Shown piece by piece: positions 9,333 through 18,012 of a DNA stretch of 64,000 nucleotides. A program made the translations under genes and the position numbers. Source of the DNA: Ilumatobacter sp. (lineage in GTDB: Bacteria > Actinomycetota > Acidimicrobiia > Acidimicrobiales > Ilumatobacteraceae); contig REDU01000064.1 of NCBI GenBank assembly GCA_007693335.1, positions 104 to 64,103 on the forward strand, read 5' to 3'. A model generated the notes under the pieces. It was not told the DNA's origin and ran no database searches. It was given only the letters and a program-made list of their open reading frames with translations. Every line of letters begins with the position of its first letter. Positions within the stretch are counted from its first letter, which is position 1.

Positions 9333-10270
9333 AGGCGCCGATGCCGGGCGAGACGACCACGGTCGACCCGTTCGCCACCGAGCACCGGCGTGCCGGGTAC
9401 GTCCCGACCCGGAACCCCGCGCGCTGGTTCCGCGACACCGGCTGGCGTCACGTGGTCGCGCTGACCGCGGTCGCGTTCGCACTGTTCCCGGTGATCTGGG
9501 TGCTGTCCGCGGCCTTCGGCACCGGCAACCTCAGCGCGCAGCGGCTCATCCCGCGCGAGATCACCCTCGACAACTTCCGCACGCTCATGACCGAGCCGGG
9601 ACACCCGCCGTTCTGGCGGTGGTTCGCGAACTCGATGATCGTGGGCGTCGTGACGGCTGCGGGCACGGTGCTGCTCTGTGCGCTCTCGGCGTTCGCGTTC
9701 AGCCGCCTCCGGTTCCGGGGCCGACGCCCGGGTCTGCTGGCACTCCTGCTCGTGCAGATGTTCCCCAACCTGCTGGCGATCACGGCGCTGTTCTTGTTCA
9801 TGACCCGCATCAAGACGATGTTCCCGGCGATCGGCCTCGGCACGATCTGGGGACTGATCTTCATCTACCTCGGCGGTGCGCTGGGCGTGAACACCTGGCT
9901 GGTCAAGGGCTTCTTCGACACCATCCCGTTCAGCCTCGACGAGTCGGCCAAGATCGACGGTGCCAGCCACGCCCAGACGTTCTTCCTGATCATCCTGCCG
10001 CTGGCGCGACCCGTGCTGGCGGTGATCGCGCTGCTGTCGTTCATCACGAGCCAGGCCGAGTTCCTGCTGGCCGACGTCATCATCGGGGCGAACGACGAGC
10101 AACGCACGCTCGCAGTGGGTCTGTCGCGCTACATCCTCGCCGGCTTCGACAACCGATGGGGGCCGTTCGCCGCCGGCGCGCTCATCGCAGCGGTGCCGGT
10201 GGTGCTGCTGTTCTTGTTCCTCCAGCGCTTCATCGTGTCGGGCCTGACGTCGGGCGCGGTCAAGGGCTGA
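9329..10270 (+). CDS. malG: Maltose ABC transporter permease, MalG-like
   Basis: MKAPMPGE.. starts within the malF stop (ATGA). The core contains ESAKIDGASHAQTFFLIILPLARP. Confidence 0.88.
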   Translation: MKAPMPGETTTVDPFATEHRRAGYVPTRNPARWFRDTGWRHVVALTAVAFALFPVIWVLSAAFGTGNLSAQRLIPREITLDNFRTLMTEPGHPPFWRWFANSMIVGVVTAAGTVLLCALSAFAFSRLRFRGRRPGLLALLLVQMFPNLLAITALFLFMTRIKTMFPAIGLGTIWGLIFIYLGGALGVNTWLVKGFFDTIPFSLDESAKIDGASHAQTFFLIILPLARPVLAVIALLSFITSQAEFLLADVIIGANDEQRTLAVGLSRYILAGFDNRWGPFAAGALIAAVPVVLLFLFLQRFIVSGLTSGAVKG

Positions 10271-10295
10271 AGTCGACCAGGTTGACCACCACCTC

Positions 10296-10309
10296 TGAAA
10301 GCGCTTACA
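10296..10309. promoter_or_regulatory. Putative LacI-family operator (TGAAAGCGCTTACA) upstream of the second lacI gene
   Basis: A 14-bp near-palindrome centred on CG, about 24 nt upstream of the ATG at 10333. It shares 12/14 positions with the site at 11438..11451 when read on the opposite strand. Confidence 0.5.
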
Positions 10310-10332
10310 TGGACGCGCAGAGGGGAAGCGAG

Positions 10333-11421
10333 ATGGCACCACACACGGGCACCGCGTCGGGAGAACGGCGGCGGGCCACGATCGAGGACGTCGCCGCGGC
10401 GGCCGGGGTGTCGGTGGCAACCGTCAGCCGAGCCATCCGTGGGCTCCCCAACGTGGCCATCTCCACCCGTGAGCGGGTGTCCAAGGTGGCCGACGAGCTG
10501 TCGTACCGGGCCGATCCGGCCGCCTCCCGGCTCGCCACCGGCCGCTCGCAGTCGGTCGGCGTGGCCGTCCCCCTGCTGAACTACTGGTACTTCTCCCAGG
10601 TGGTCTCGGGGGCCGAAGCCGTGCTCGCCGCCGAGGGCTACGACATGATCGTGATCGGGGTGGCGGGGGACGATGCCCGACGGGCGCTGCTCGACGGCGC
10701 CACCTCGATCCACCGCCGCGTCGACGGGCTGGTGTTCGTCGACGTGCCGCTGGGCGACGACGACACCGAGTTCCTCAGGTCGCGCGGCCTGGCCGTGGTG
10801 ACCGTGGGCAACCACAACGCCCACTTCCCCTCGATCGGCATCGACGATGTGGCCGTGGGCGAGATCGCCGCCGAGCACCTGCTGGGGCTCGGCCACACCC
10901 GCATCGGGATCATCGGCGGGCAGACCGGCGGACCGCTCGACTTCCCCGTGCCCGATCTGCGCCGCACCGGGTACGAGCGCGCCCTCCGACGGGCCCGCAT
11001 CGACGTCGACCCCGCCCTCGAGGTGGTCGGCAACTTCTCGGTGCTGGGCGGTCGCGACGCCGCCGACAGCCTGCTCGCCACCCACGATCGACCCACCGCC
11101 GTCTTCGCGATGTCCGACGAGATGGCCTTCGGGGCCCTGCTCTCGGCGCGCGAGCACGGACTCGACGTTCCCGGCGAGATCTCGATCGTGGGGGTGGACG
11201 ACCACGACGTCTCGGTCGTGGTCGGGCTCACCACCGTCCGCCAGCCGGTGGCCGATCACGGGGCCCGTGCCGCCCGGCTGGTGATCGAACAGCTCACCGG
11301 ACGCGAGGTCGGTCCCACCCGCGTCGAGCGCCCGGTCGAGCTCGTGGTGCGCTCGACCACCGCACCGCTCACCACCGCTCGGAACGAGGTGCACCGGCCA
11401 GAAACCCGCTCGAAACCTTGA
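10333..11421 (+). CDS. LacI-family transcriptional regulator
   Basis: ATIEDVAAAAGVSVATVSRAIRG is the HTH, followed by a PBP-type effector domain. An RBS-like aggggaag precedes the ATG at 10333. Confidence 0.88.
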   Translation: MAPHTGTASGERRRATIEDVAAAAGVSVATVSRAIRGLPNVAISTRERVSKVADELSYRADPAASRLATGRSQSVGVAVPLLNYWYFSQVVSGAEAVLAAEGYDMIVIGVAGDDARRALLDGATSIHRRVDGLVFVDVPLGDDDTEFLRSRGLAVVTVGNHNAHFPSIGIDDVAVGEIAAEHLLGLGHTRIGIIGGQTGGPLDFPVPDLRRTGYERALRRARIDVDPALEVVGNFSVLGGRDAADSLLATHDRPTAVFAMSDEMAFGALLSAREHGLDVPGEISIVGVDDHDVSVVVGLTTVRQPVADHGARAARLVIEQLTGREVGPTRVERPVELVVRSTTAPLTTARNEVHRPETRSKP

Positions 11422-11437
11422 CGACACCCCGTACGTA

Positions 11438-11451
11438 TGTAAGCGTTTACA
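11438..11451. promoter_or_regulatory. Putative LacI-family operator (TGTAAGCGTTTACA) upstream of the sugar ABC operon
   Basis: A 14-bp near-palindrome in the 89-nt gap between the lacI stop and the SBP start. It belongs to the same motif family as 10296..10309. Confidence 0.5.
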
Positions 11452-11510
11452 CCCGGGACGGGCATCTCCGTCCCGATCGTGAACACACCCGAATGAGGGG
11501 GAGGACCCTG

Positions 11511-12935
11511 ATGACGAAGCGCTGGCACAAGCTGGCCGCTCTGCCCATCGCCTTCGCACTCGTGGCCGCAGCATGCGGCGGCGACGACGACGGCGTGGCA
11601 GACGCACCCGACGAGCCCGATACCACCGAGGCTCCCGACACCGACGAACCCGACGCTCCCGACACCGAAGACTTCGGTGGCGTCGAGATCGTGATCACCG
11701 GCTCCGAGCGCGACGACCCCTCGGTCGGCGCGATCAACGCCGTGTTGCAGGAGTTCGGCTCCGAGCGCGGCATCGACGTCACCTTCATCGGTGACGCCGA
11801 CTGGGAAGCCAACATCAACACCCAGGTCGAAGGCGGCAACCCGCCCGACATCTCGATCTTCCCGCAGCCCGGCAAGCTGGCCGAGTTCGCCCGCGACGGT
11901 TTCATCCTGCCGCTGAGTGACGACGTGGTCAGCTCGATCCAGGACCACTGGGCCGAGAGCTACCAGCTCGACGGCATCGTCGACGACGTCCACTTCGGTG
12001 TGCCCGTCAAGACCGACCTCAAGTCGCTCGTGTGGTACAAGCCGTCGATCTTCGAGGGTGCCGGCTACGCCGTGCCCGAGACCTACGACGAGCTCGAGGC
12101 CCTCACCCAGCAGATGGTCGACGACGGCGGGCCCGCCCCGTGGTGCGTCGGCGTCGAGTCCGGTCAGGCCACTGGCTGGACCTACACCGACTGGGTCGAG
12201 GAGATGGTGCTCCGCCTCCACGGTGGCGACGTGTACGACGGCTGGGTCTCCAACGAGATCCCCTTCGACGACCCCCGCATCATCGAGGCCATGCAGGCCC
12301 CGATCACGCTGTGGACCGGTGAGAGCGACGAGGAAGCCGCACGTCAGGCACTCGCCGACCGTGACCTGCCCCGCGTGTTCGCCGCCAGCGGCACCATCGC
12401 CCAGACGAACTTCGCCGACTCGGCCGACCCGCTGATGGACGGCCAGTGCTACATGCACCGCCAGGCGTCGTTCTTCTCCGGGTTCTTCCCCGAGGGCACG
12501 CCGTTCGCCGACGGGTCCGACGACGCCATCAACGTCTTCTACTTCCCCGACATCAACGACGACGCACCGGCGCTCACCGCCGGCACGCTCGCCGCGGCGT
12601 TCAACGACGAGCCGGCCACGATGGCCGTGCTCGAGTTCATGGCGACCGGTGAGTACGCCGAGAAGCGCCAGGCCGAGCAGACCCGTCTGCTCGACGGTGG
12701 TCTGTCCGGCTTCCTGTCGGCTGCTTCCGGCCAGGACCCGTCGGTGTACCAGCCGCTCGAGCAGGAGTTCCTCGACATCCTGCTCAACGCCGAGCTGGCC
12801 CGCTTCGACGCCTCCGACCTCATGCCGGCAGCCGTCGGCGCCGGGTCGTTCTGGAGCGAGGGCACCAACATCATCAACGGTGACATCACCGTGAGCGAGG
12901 GCGCAGCCCGCATCCAGGAGTCGTGGCCCAACTGA
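11511..12935 (+). CDS. Carbohydrate ABC transporter substrate-binding lipoprotein (substrate unknown)
   Basis: MTKRWHKLAALPIAFALVAAAC is a lipoprotein signal. It is followed by a D/P/T-rich linker and a family-1 SBP core (ITGSERDD.., ISIFPQPGKLAEF, WCVGVESGQATGW). A strong RBS, gggggagga, precedes the start. Confidence 0.85.
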   Translation: MTKRWHKLAALPIAFALVAAACGGDDDGVADAPDEPDTTEAPDTDEPDAPDTEDFGGVEIVITGSERDDPSVGAINAVLQEFGSERGIDVTFIGDADWEANINTQVEGGNPPDISIFPQPGKLAEFARDGFILPLSDDVVSSIQDHWAESYQLDGIVDDVHFGVPVKTDLKSLVWYKPSIFEGAGYAVPETYDELEALTQQMVDDGGPAPWCVGVESGQATGWTYTDWVEEMVLRLHGGDVYDGWVSNEIPFDDPRIIEAMQAPITLWTGESDEEAARQALADRDLPRVFAASGTIAQTNFADSADPLMDGQCYMHRQASFFSGFFPEGTPFADGSDDAINVFYFPDINDDAPALTAGTLAAAFNDEPATMAVLEFMATGEYAEKRQAEQTRLLDGGLSGFLSAASGQDPSVYQPLEQEFLDILLNAELARFDASDLMPAAVGAGSFWSEGTNIINGDITVSEGAARIQESWPN

Positions 12936-12975
12936 GTCACAGCACCACAGCAGTGAGAACTGCACTGTGAATTCC

Positions 12976-13013
12976 GGTCGGGGCACTGGCACTACGGTGT
13001 CGGTGCCCCGACC
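12976..13013 (+). other. Intercistronic stem-loop between the SBP and permease genes
   Basis: GGTCGGGGCAC-(16 nt)-GTGCCCCGACC gives a perfect 11-bp GC-rich stem, followed only by a weak aTTT. It is a likely mRNA-stabilising or attenuating hairpin of the kind often seen after SBP genes. Confidence 0.55.
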
Positions 13014-13069
13014 CATTTCGGGGAGATCCAGGCCAGCTGGAGGACAGAGCTGGAGGGGAAAGGGACGAC

Positions 13070-14992
13070 ATGGGGAAGATCATCTCGACGCTGATCACGG
13101 TGGTGGTCGCGGTCGGCTTCAGTGCGGCCATCTGGGTGGGCGCCAATCTGGTGTTCAACCAGGCCCGGTACCACTGGGCCCGCTTCAACGGACTCGTGTT
13201 CGGCGTGGGGGGATTCCTGCTCGGGGTACTGCTCTCCGGCAACCGTCTCACCATCGGATCGGAGGGTGAGACGCTCGGGGGCTTCCTCAACTGGGTCTGG
13301 CTCCCGCTGGTGCTCGCCGCCGTGTTCGCCGTGTTGGGCGTGGCGCTCACCCGCACCGACGACGACCGGCAGCGACTCATCATCGCCATCGCCACCGGCG
13401 CCGTGGTGGGCGTCGGTCTCGGGTTGCTCATCCAGGACCAGTACCTCCCGTCGTTCTCGCCCATCGGACTCATCGGCTGGACGGTGGCCGGTGTGGCGAT
13501 CGGCGGCGGCCTCGCCCTCGCCCGCAAGAAGCCACCCCTCAACGGCGTGCTGGTGTGGGGTGCACTGTTCTTCATCATCGGAGCCTGGGGCACGGCCGAC
13601 CTGGGGGCGGGTTCGACCGTCGAAGCGGTGATCGGCACGCTCGTGCCGGCCCTGGCCCTCGGGGTCCGGCTCGGACTCACCGACAACCCCGAGCTCCACA
13701 CCCGCACGATCATCGATCAGAAGTCACGTGCCGTGATCTTCCTCGGACCGGCGCTGCTGTTCATCTTCATCACGCTGCTGGTACCCACCGTCCGCACCAT
13801 CTACCTGTCGCTGCTCGACAACCGCTCCGAGGAGTTCGTCGCGTTCGAGAACTACGTCACGACCTTCCAGGACCGCGGGAGCTGGGACGCGTCGGGCTTC
13901 TCCAACTTCTTCACGAGCCAGCTGTTCTGGATCGGCGTGGTCCTCCTCGGCATCGGGGTGGTGCTCGGCATCGCGCAGAAGCAGCGCACCGGTAAAGCCG
14001 TCGAGCTGGGCGGAGCGAGCCTCGGCCCGCTGGTCGTTGCGGGCGTGCTGCTCGCCTTCGCCCTGTTCACGACACTGCGCGGCACCATCGTGAACAACCT
14101 CTGGTGGGTGGTGGCCGTCACCCTGTTCTCCACGGTGCTCGGTCTGGCCGTGGCCGTGCTGGCCGACAAGGCCAAGGGCGAGAAGATCGCCAAGTCGATC
14201 ATCTTCATGCCCATGGCGATCTCGATGGTGGGCGCCTCGATCATCTGGCGGTTCATGTACGCCAGCCGCGACATCAGCGGCGAGCAGACCGGTGTGCTCA
14301 ACGCCCTGTGGGTGGGCCTCGGTCGGCTCAGCACCGGCAGTGGCATCCCCACCCTGATCGTGACGATCGTGCTCGGCCTGATCCTGCTCGGCCTCGCCTA
14401 CATGGTCGCCATGGCCCTCACGAAGCAGAACGTCGGTCGGGCCGTCGTGCCCGGCGTGGCGTTCTTGCTGATCGGCTGGTTCTTCGTCAGGTTCGCCGGC
14501 ATCGTCGGCGGCGGTGTGGGCGGCTTCCGCGTCACCGCCGACGGCCAGACCGTCGCCCGCACGATCGATTTCATCACCGACTCGCCGTACAACAACTTCT
14601 GGCTGATGGTCATCCTGATCTGGATCCAGACCGGCTTCGCGATGGTGATCCTCTCGGCGGCCATCAAGGCCGTGCCCGAGGAGTACCTCGAGGCCGCCCG
14701 GGTCGACGGTGCGACGCAATCACAGATCTTCTGGCGCATCGTGCTCCCCCAGATCGGCACCACCATCGGCGTGGTGGTCACCACCCTCATCGTGGTGGTC
14801 ATGAAGGTGTACGACATCGTGAAGGTCGTCACCAACGGCCAGTTCGGCACCCAGGTGCTGGCCAACGACATGTTCAACCAGGCCTTCGCCTTCGGCAACA
14901 CCGGACGCGGCGCCGCACTCGCGGTGCTGATCTTCGTGTCGGTGCTGCCCGTCATGTACCTCAACATCCGCCGTATGCAGAAGGAAGCGTGA
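13070..14992 (+). CDS. Carbohydrate ABC transporter permease, unusually long (640 aa) with extra TM segments
   Basis: The C-terminal part is a MalF/UgpA-type core with the EAA loop EAARVDGATQSQIFWRIVLPQI. About 215 aa of additional hydrophobic helices precede it, and further hydrophobic inserts lie inside the core. Confidence 0.85.
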   Translation: MGKIISTLITVVVAVGFSAAIWVGANLVFNQARYHWARFNGLVFGVGGFLLGVLLSGNRLTIGSEGETLGGFLNWVWLPLVLAAVFAVLGVALTRTDDDRQRLIIAIATGAVVGVGLGLLIQDQYLPSFSPIGLIGWTVAGVAIGGGLALARKKPPLNGVLVWGALFFIIGAWGTADLGAGSTVEAVIGTLVPALALGVRLGLTDNPELHTRTIIDQKSRAVIFLGPALLFIFITLLVPTVRTIYLSLLDNRSEEFVAFENYVTTFQDRGSWDASGFSNFFTSQLFWIGVVLLGIGVVLGIAQKQRTGKAVELGGASLGPLVVAGVLLAFALFTTLRGTIVNNLWWVVAVTLFSTVLGLAVAVLADKAKGEKIAKSIIFMPMAISMVGASIIWRFMYASRDISGEQTGVLNALWVGLGRLSTGSGIPTLIVTIVLGLILLGLAYMVAMALTKQNVGRAVVPGVAFLLIGWFFVRFAGIVGGGVGGFRVTADGQTVARTIDFITDSPYNNFWLMVILIWIQTGFAMVILSAAIKAVPEEYLEAARVDGATQSQIFWRIVLPQIGTTIGVVVTTLIVVVMKVYDIVKVVTNGQFGTQVLANDMFNQAFAFGNTGRGAALAVLIFVSVLPVMYLNIRRMQKEA

Positions 14993-14993
14993 G

Positions 14994-15998
14994 ATGACCT
15001 CCACCGGCACCACCCCGGTCCTCACCGATCCCGGCGACGTCCACCCCGACGCGGCCATGGGCGACGACGGCGGCAAGAAAGGGGGGGTCGGCGACCGCAT
15101 CTACGGCCTGCTGCGGGCCATCCCGCCGGGCGTGCTCTGGCTGCTCGTGCTCGTGTGGAGCATCCCCACGCTCGGGCTGTTCGTCAACTCGTTCCGCGAC
15201 CGGTCGTCGCAGCGCAGCTCGGGCTGGTGGACCTCGCTCGCCAGCCCGGAGCAGTTCACACTCGACAACTACGAGGTCGTGCTGGGCGCCAGCGCGTCGG
15301 CCGGGCTGGTCGACTCGCTGTTGAACTCGTTCGCGATCGCGATCCCCGCCACGATCATCCCGATCGCCATGGCGGCATTCGCCGCCTACGCGTTCGCCTG
15401 GATCGATTTCAAGGGACGCAAGTGGTTGTTCATCGGCACGGTCGCGCTGCTGGCGGTGCCGCTGCAGGTGGCGCTCATCCCCCTGCTCCAGCTGTTCTCG
15501 GGCGGCGCCCACTGGACCATCCCCGGTCTCGACCGCACGATCACGTTCATCGCCGACTTCGATCTGGCCGGCAACACCACCGCCGTGTGGCTCACCCACG
15601 CCGGGTTCGCGATGCCGTTCGCCATCTTCTTGCTGCACAACTACATCTCGGGGCTCCCGAAAGACCTGTTCGAGGCCGCACGCATCGACGGCGCCGACCA
15701 CTTCACGGTGTTCTGGCGGCTCGTGCTCCCGCTCTCGATCCCGGTGCTGGCCGCCTTCGCGATCTTCCAGTTCCTGTGGACCTGGAACGACTTCCTGATC
15801 GCCAACACGATGGTCGGCAGCAACCCGAACGCCATCCCCACCACCATCCGCATCGCCAACCTGGCCGGCGACTTCGGCCGCAACGAACACCTCCTGCCGG
15901 CGGCTGCCTTCGTGCAGTCGTTCGTACCGATCGTGGTGTTCTTCGCCCTGCAGCGCTACTTCGTGCGCGGCATCCTGGCCGGATCCGTGAAGGGCTGA
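14994..15998 (+). CDS. Carbohydrate ABC transporter permease (MalG/UgpE-type)
   Basis: The ATG lies 1 nt after the upstream stop. EAA loop EAARIDGADHFTVFWRLVLPLS; 6-TM pattern. Confidence 0.88.
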   Translation: MTSTGTTPVLTDPGDVHPDAAMGDDGGKKGGVGDRIYGLLRAIPPGVLWLLVLVWSIPTLGLFVNSFRDRSSQRSSGWWTSLASPEQFTLDNYEVVLGASASAGLVDSLLNSFAIAIPATIIPIAMAAFAAYAFAWIDFKGRKWLFIGTVALLAVPLQVALIPLLQLFSGGAHWTIPGLDRTITFIADFDLAGNTTAVWLTHAGFAMPFAIFLLHNYISGLPKDLFEAARIDGADHFTVFWRLVLPLSIPVLAAFAIFQFLWTWNDFLIANTMVGSNPNAIPTTIRIANLAGDFGRNEHLLPAAAFVQSFVPIVVFFALQRYFVRGILAGSVKG

Positions 15999-16039
15999 CC
16001 CGCCCCACCTGCGACGGGCAGCAACTACGATCGGACGAC

Positions 16040-16942
16040 GTGACCTCTCTCGTCCGCACCGATCCGCGTCCGTTGGGCGACCTCCCACCCGTCGGACCCA
16101 TCGCCTACGGACAGTGGCGCTACACCACCGACGACGTGGGCGCGGCGCAACGCCTCATCGAGACGGCACTCGACGCCGGGATGAACCTCATCGACACCGC
16201 CGACGTGTACGGCCTCGACTGGGGCGGCACCGGGTTCGGTGAGGTCGAGGCGCTGCTCGGCCGGGTGCTGGCCGCGGCCCCGGGGCTGCGCGACCGGATG
16301 GTGCTCGCCACCAAGGGGGGCATCGTGCCACCGGTGCCCTACGACTCGTCACCCACCGCACTGCGGGCTGCCTGCGAGGCATCGCTCGGCCGGCTGGGTG
16401 TCGACGTGATCGATCTCTACCAGATCCACCGACACGACATGCTCACGCATCCGGCCGATGTGGCAGCCACGCTGGCCGCGCTGCGCGACGAGGGCAAGAT
16501 CCGCGAGGTCGGCGTGTCGAACCACACGCCGGCCCAGATCGCAGCCCTCGCGGCGCACCTCCCGTTCCCGATCGTGTCGAACCAGCCCGAGTACTCGGCC
16601 GTCCAGCTCGCACCGCTGCGCGACGGCACGTTCGATGCGTGCATGCGCGACGGTGTCACACCGCTGGCATGGAGCCCGCTGGCCGGCGGCGCGCTCGCCA
16701 CCGGCGACGGTCTCGCACCCGACCTGCTCGCGGTGCTCGACGAGTTGGCCGAACGCGAAGGCGTCGACCGGTCGATCATCGCGCTGGCGTTCGTGCTGGC
16801 CCACCCCGCCGCCCCGGTGGCGATCATCGGCACCCAGAATCCCGACCGCATCACCGGCTCGAACGCGGCGCTGGCCGTGCAACTCGACCGCCACGACGTC
16901 TATCGCATCATCCAAGCCTCCGAAGGAGTTCCCCTGCCATGA
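16040..16942 (+). CDS. Aldo/keto reductase
   Basis: RPLGDLPPVGPIAYGQWRY, LIDTADVYG, DLYQIHRHD, VGVSNH and WSPLAGG are AKR signatures. The first canonical start in frame is the GTG at 16040; upstream ORF sequence overlaps the permease out of frame. Confidence 0.82.
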   Translation: MTSLVRTDPRPLGDLPPVGPIAYGQWRYTTDDVGAAQRLIETALDAGMNLIDTADVYGLDWGGTGFGEVEALLGRVLAAAPGLRDRMVLATKGGIVPPVPYDSSPTALRAACEASLGRLGVDVIDLYQIHRHDMLTHPADVAATLAALRDEGKIREVGVSNHTPAQIAALAAHLPFPIVSNQPEYSAVQLAPLRDGTFDACMRDGVTPLAWSPLAGGALATGDGLAPDLLAVLDELAEREGVDRSIIALAFVLAHPAAPVAIIGTQNPDRITGSNAALAVQLDRHDVYRIIQASEGVPLP

Positions 16943-18003
16943 GCCCGATCGAAGTCAGCTGGTTCTCCGCACTCTGCGACGACGACTACGAGTTCCTCGG
17001 GGTGCCCGACACGGCGCTGCAGAGCTCGTGGGAGCACTGCAGCGACATCGTGCGGGCCGCCGACCGTCACGGCCTCGACAACGTGCTGCTGCCGTCGGGC
17101 TACACCCTCGGCATCGACTCCACGGCGTTCGCCGCGGCCATCGCCACCCACACCCGTGACATCAACCTGCTCCTGGCCGTGCGCATGGGCGAGATGTGGC
17201 TCCCACAGTTGGCCCGTCAGCTCGCCAGCATCGACCAGTTCGCCAACGGCCGGCTGTGCATCAACATCATCTCCTCCGACATCCCCGGTGAGGCGCTCGA
17301 CTCGGCGCCCCGCTACCAGCGCACCCGCGAGTGGATGCAGGTGCTCAGATCGCTCCTGAACGGCGAATCCATCGACTTCCACGGCGAGTTCGTCGACCTC
17401 GAGCTCGACCCGCCCCGCATCTCGACGGTGTCGGGCACCTGCCCGCCGTTCTACTTCGGCGGGTTCTCCGATGCCGCCAAGGACGTTGCCGCCGCCGAGG
17501 CCGACGTGTTCCTCACCTGGCCCGACACCGTCGCATCGGTGGGCGAGACCGTGACCGAGATGCGGGGTCGGGCCCAGGCCTACGGCCGGGAACTCACCTA
17601 CGGGCTCCGGGCCCATGTGATCGTGCGCGAGACCGAGGCTGCGGCCCGTGCCGCCGCCGACCGTCTCGTGTCGAAGCTCGACGACGACACCGGTGCCGCC
17701 ATCCGCGGCAAGTCGCTCGACGCGGCGTCGGTGGGCGTGCAGCGTCAGGCGGCACTGCGCGAATCTGCCACCGACGACGGGTACGCCGAGGCCAACCTCT
17801 GGACCGGTGTGGGCCGGGCCCGCAGCGGCGCCGGCGCCGCCATCGTGGGCGACCCCGATCAGGTGGCCGCCAAGTTGGAGGCGTACCGCTCCGTCGGTGT
17901 GAGCGCGTTCATCCTGTCGGGGTACACGCACCGTGCCGAACTCGACCTGTTCGCCCGCTACGTGCTGCCCAAGCTCGACCACGCACCGCTCAAGGTGCGC
18001 TGA
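16939..18003 (+). CDS. SsuD-like (alkanesulfonate-monooxygenase-type) luciferase-like flavin monooxygenase
   Basis: The ATG overlaps the AKR stop (ATGA). From memory of E. coli SsuD, similarity runs end to end: WFSAL.., GRLCINIISS, PPFYFGGFSDAA, HVIVRETEAAARAAADRLVSKLDD, NLWTGVGRARSGAGAAIVGDPDQVAAKLEAY..FILSGY. Confidence 0.85.
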   Translation: MSPIEVSWFSALCDDDYEFLGVPDTALQSSWEHCSDIVRAADRHGLDNVLLPSGYTLGIDSTAFAAAIATHTRDINLLLAVRMGEMWLPQLARQLASIDQFANGRLCINIISSDIPGEALDSAPRYQRTREWMQVLRSLLNGESIDFHGEFVDLELDPPRISTVSGTCPPFYFGGFSDAAKDVAAAEADVFLTWPDTVASVGETVTEMRGRAQAYGRELTYGLRAHVIVRETEAAARAAADRLVSKLDDDTGAAIRGKSLDAASVGVQRQAALRESATDDGYAEANLWTGVGRARSGAGAAIVGDPDQVAAKLEAYRSVGVSAFILSGYTHRAELDLFARYVLPKLDHAPLKVR

Positions 18004-18012
18004 CGACCCAGC

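Noticed and set aside
7974-16088. Several long minus-strand ORFs (7974..9482, 9230..10420, 10129..11607, 11256..13016, 13724..14719, 14961..16088) opposite the ABC transporter genes
   Set aside because: All are antisense to well-supported transporter or regulator genes. They have low-complexity R/G/E/H/D composition and no recognisable domains. I treat them as GC-driven open frames.
15155-16942. A 595-aa ORF that would suggest a large protein upstream of the AKR domain
   Set aside because: Its first ~295 codons overlap the second permease gene out of frame and are Arg/His/Pro-rich. AKR motifs start right after the GTG at 16040.
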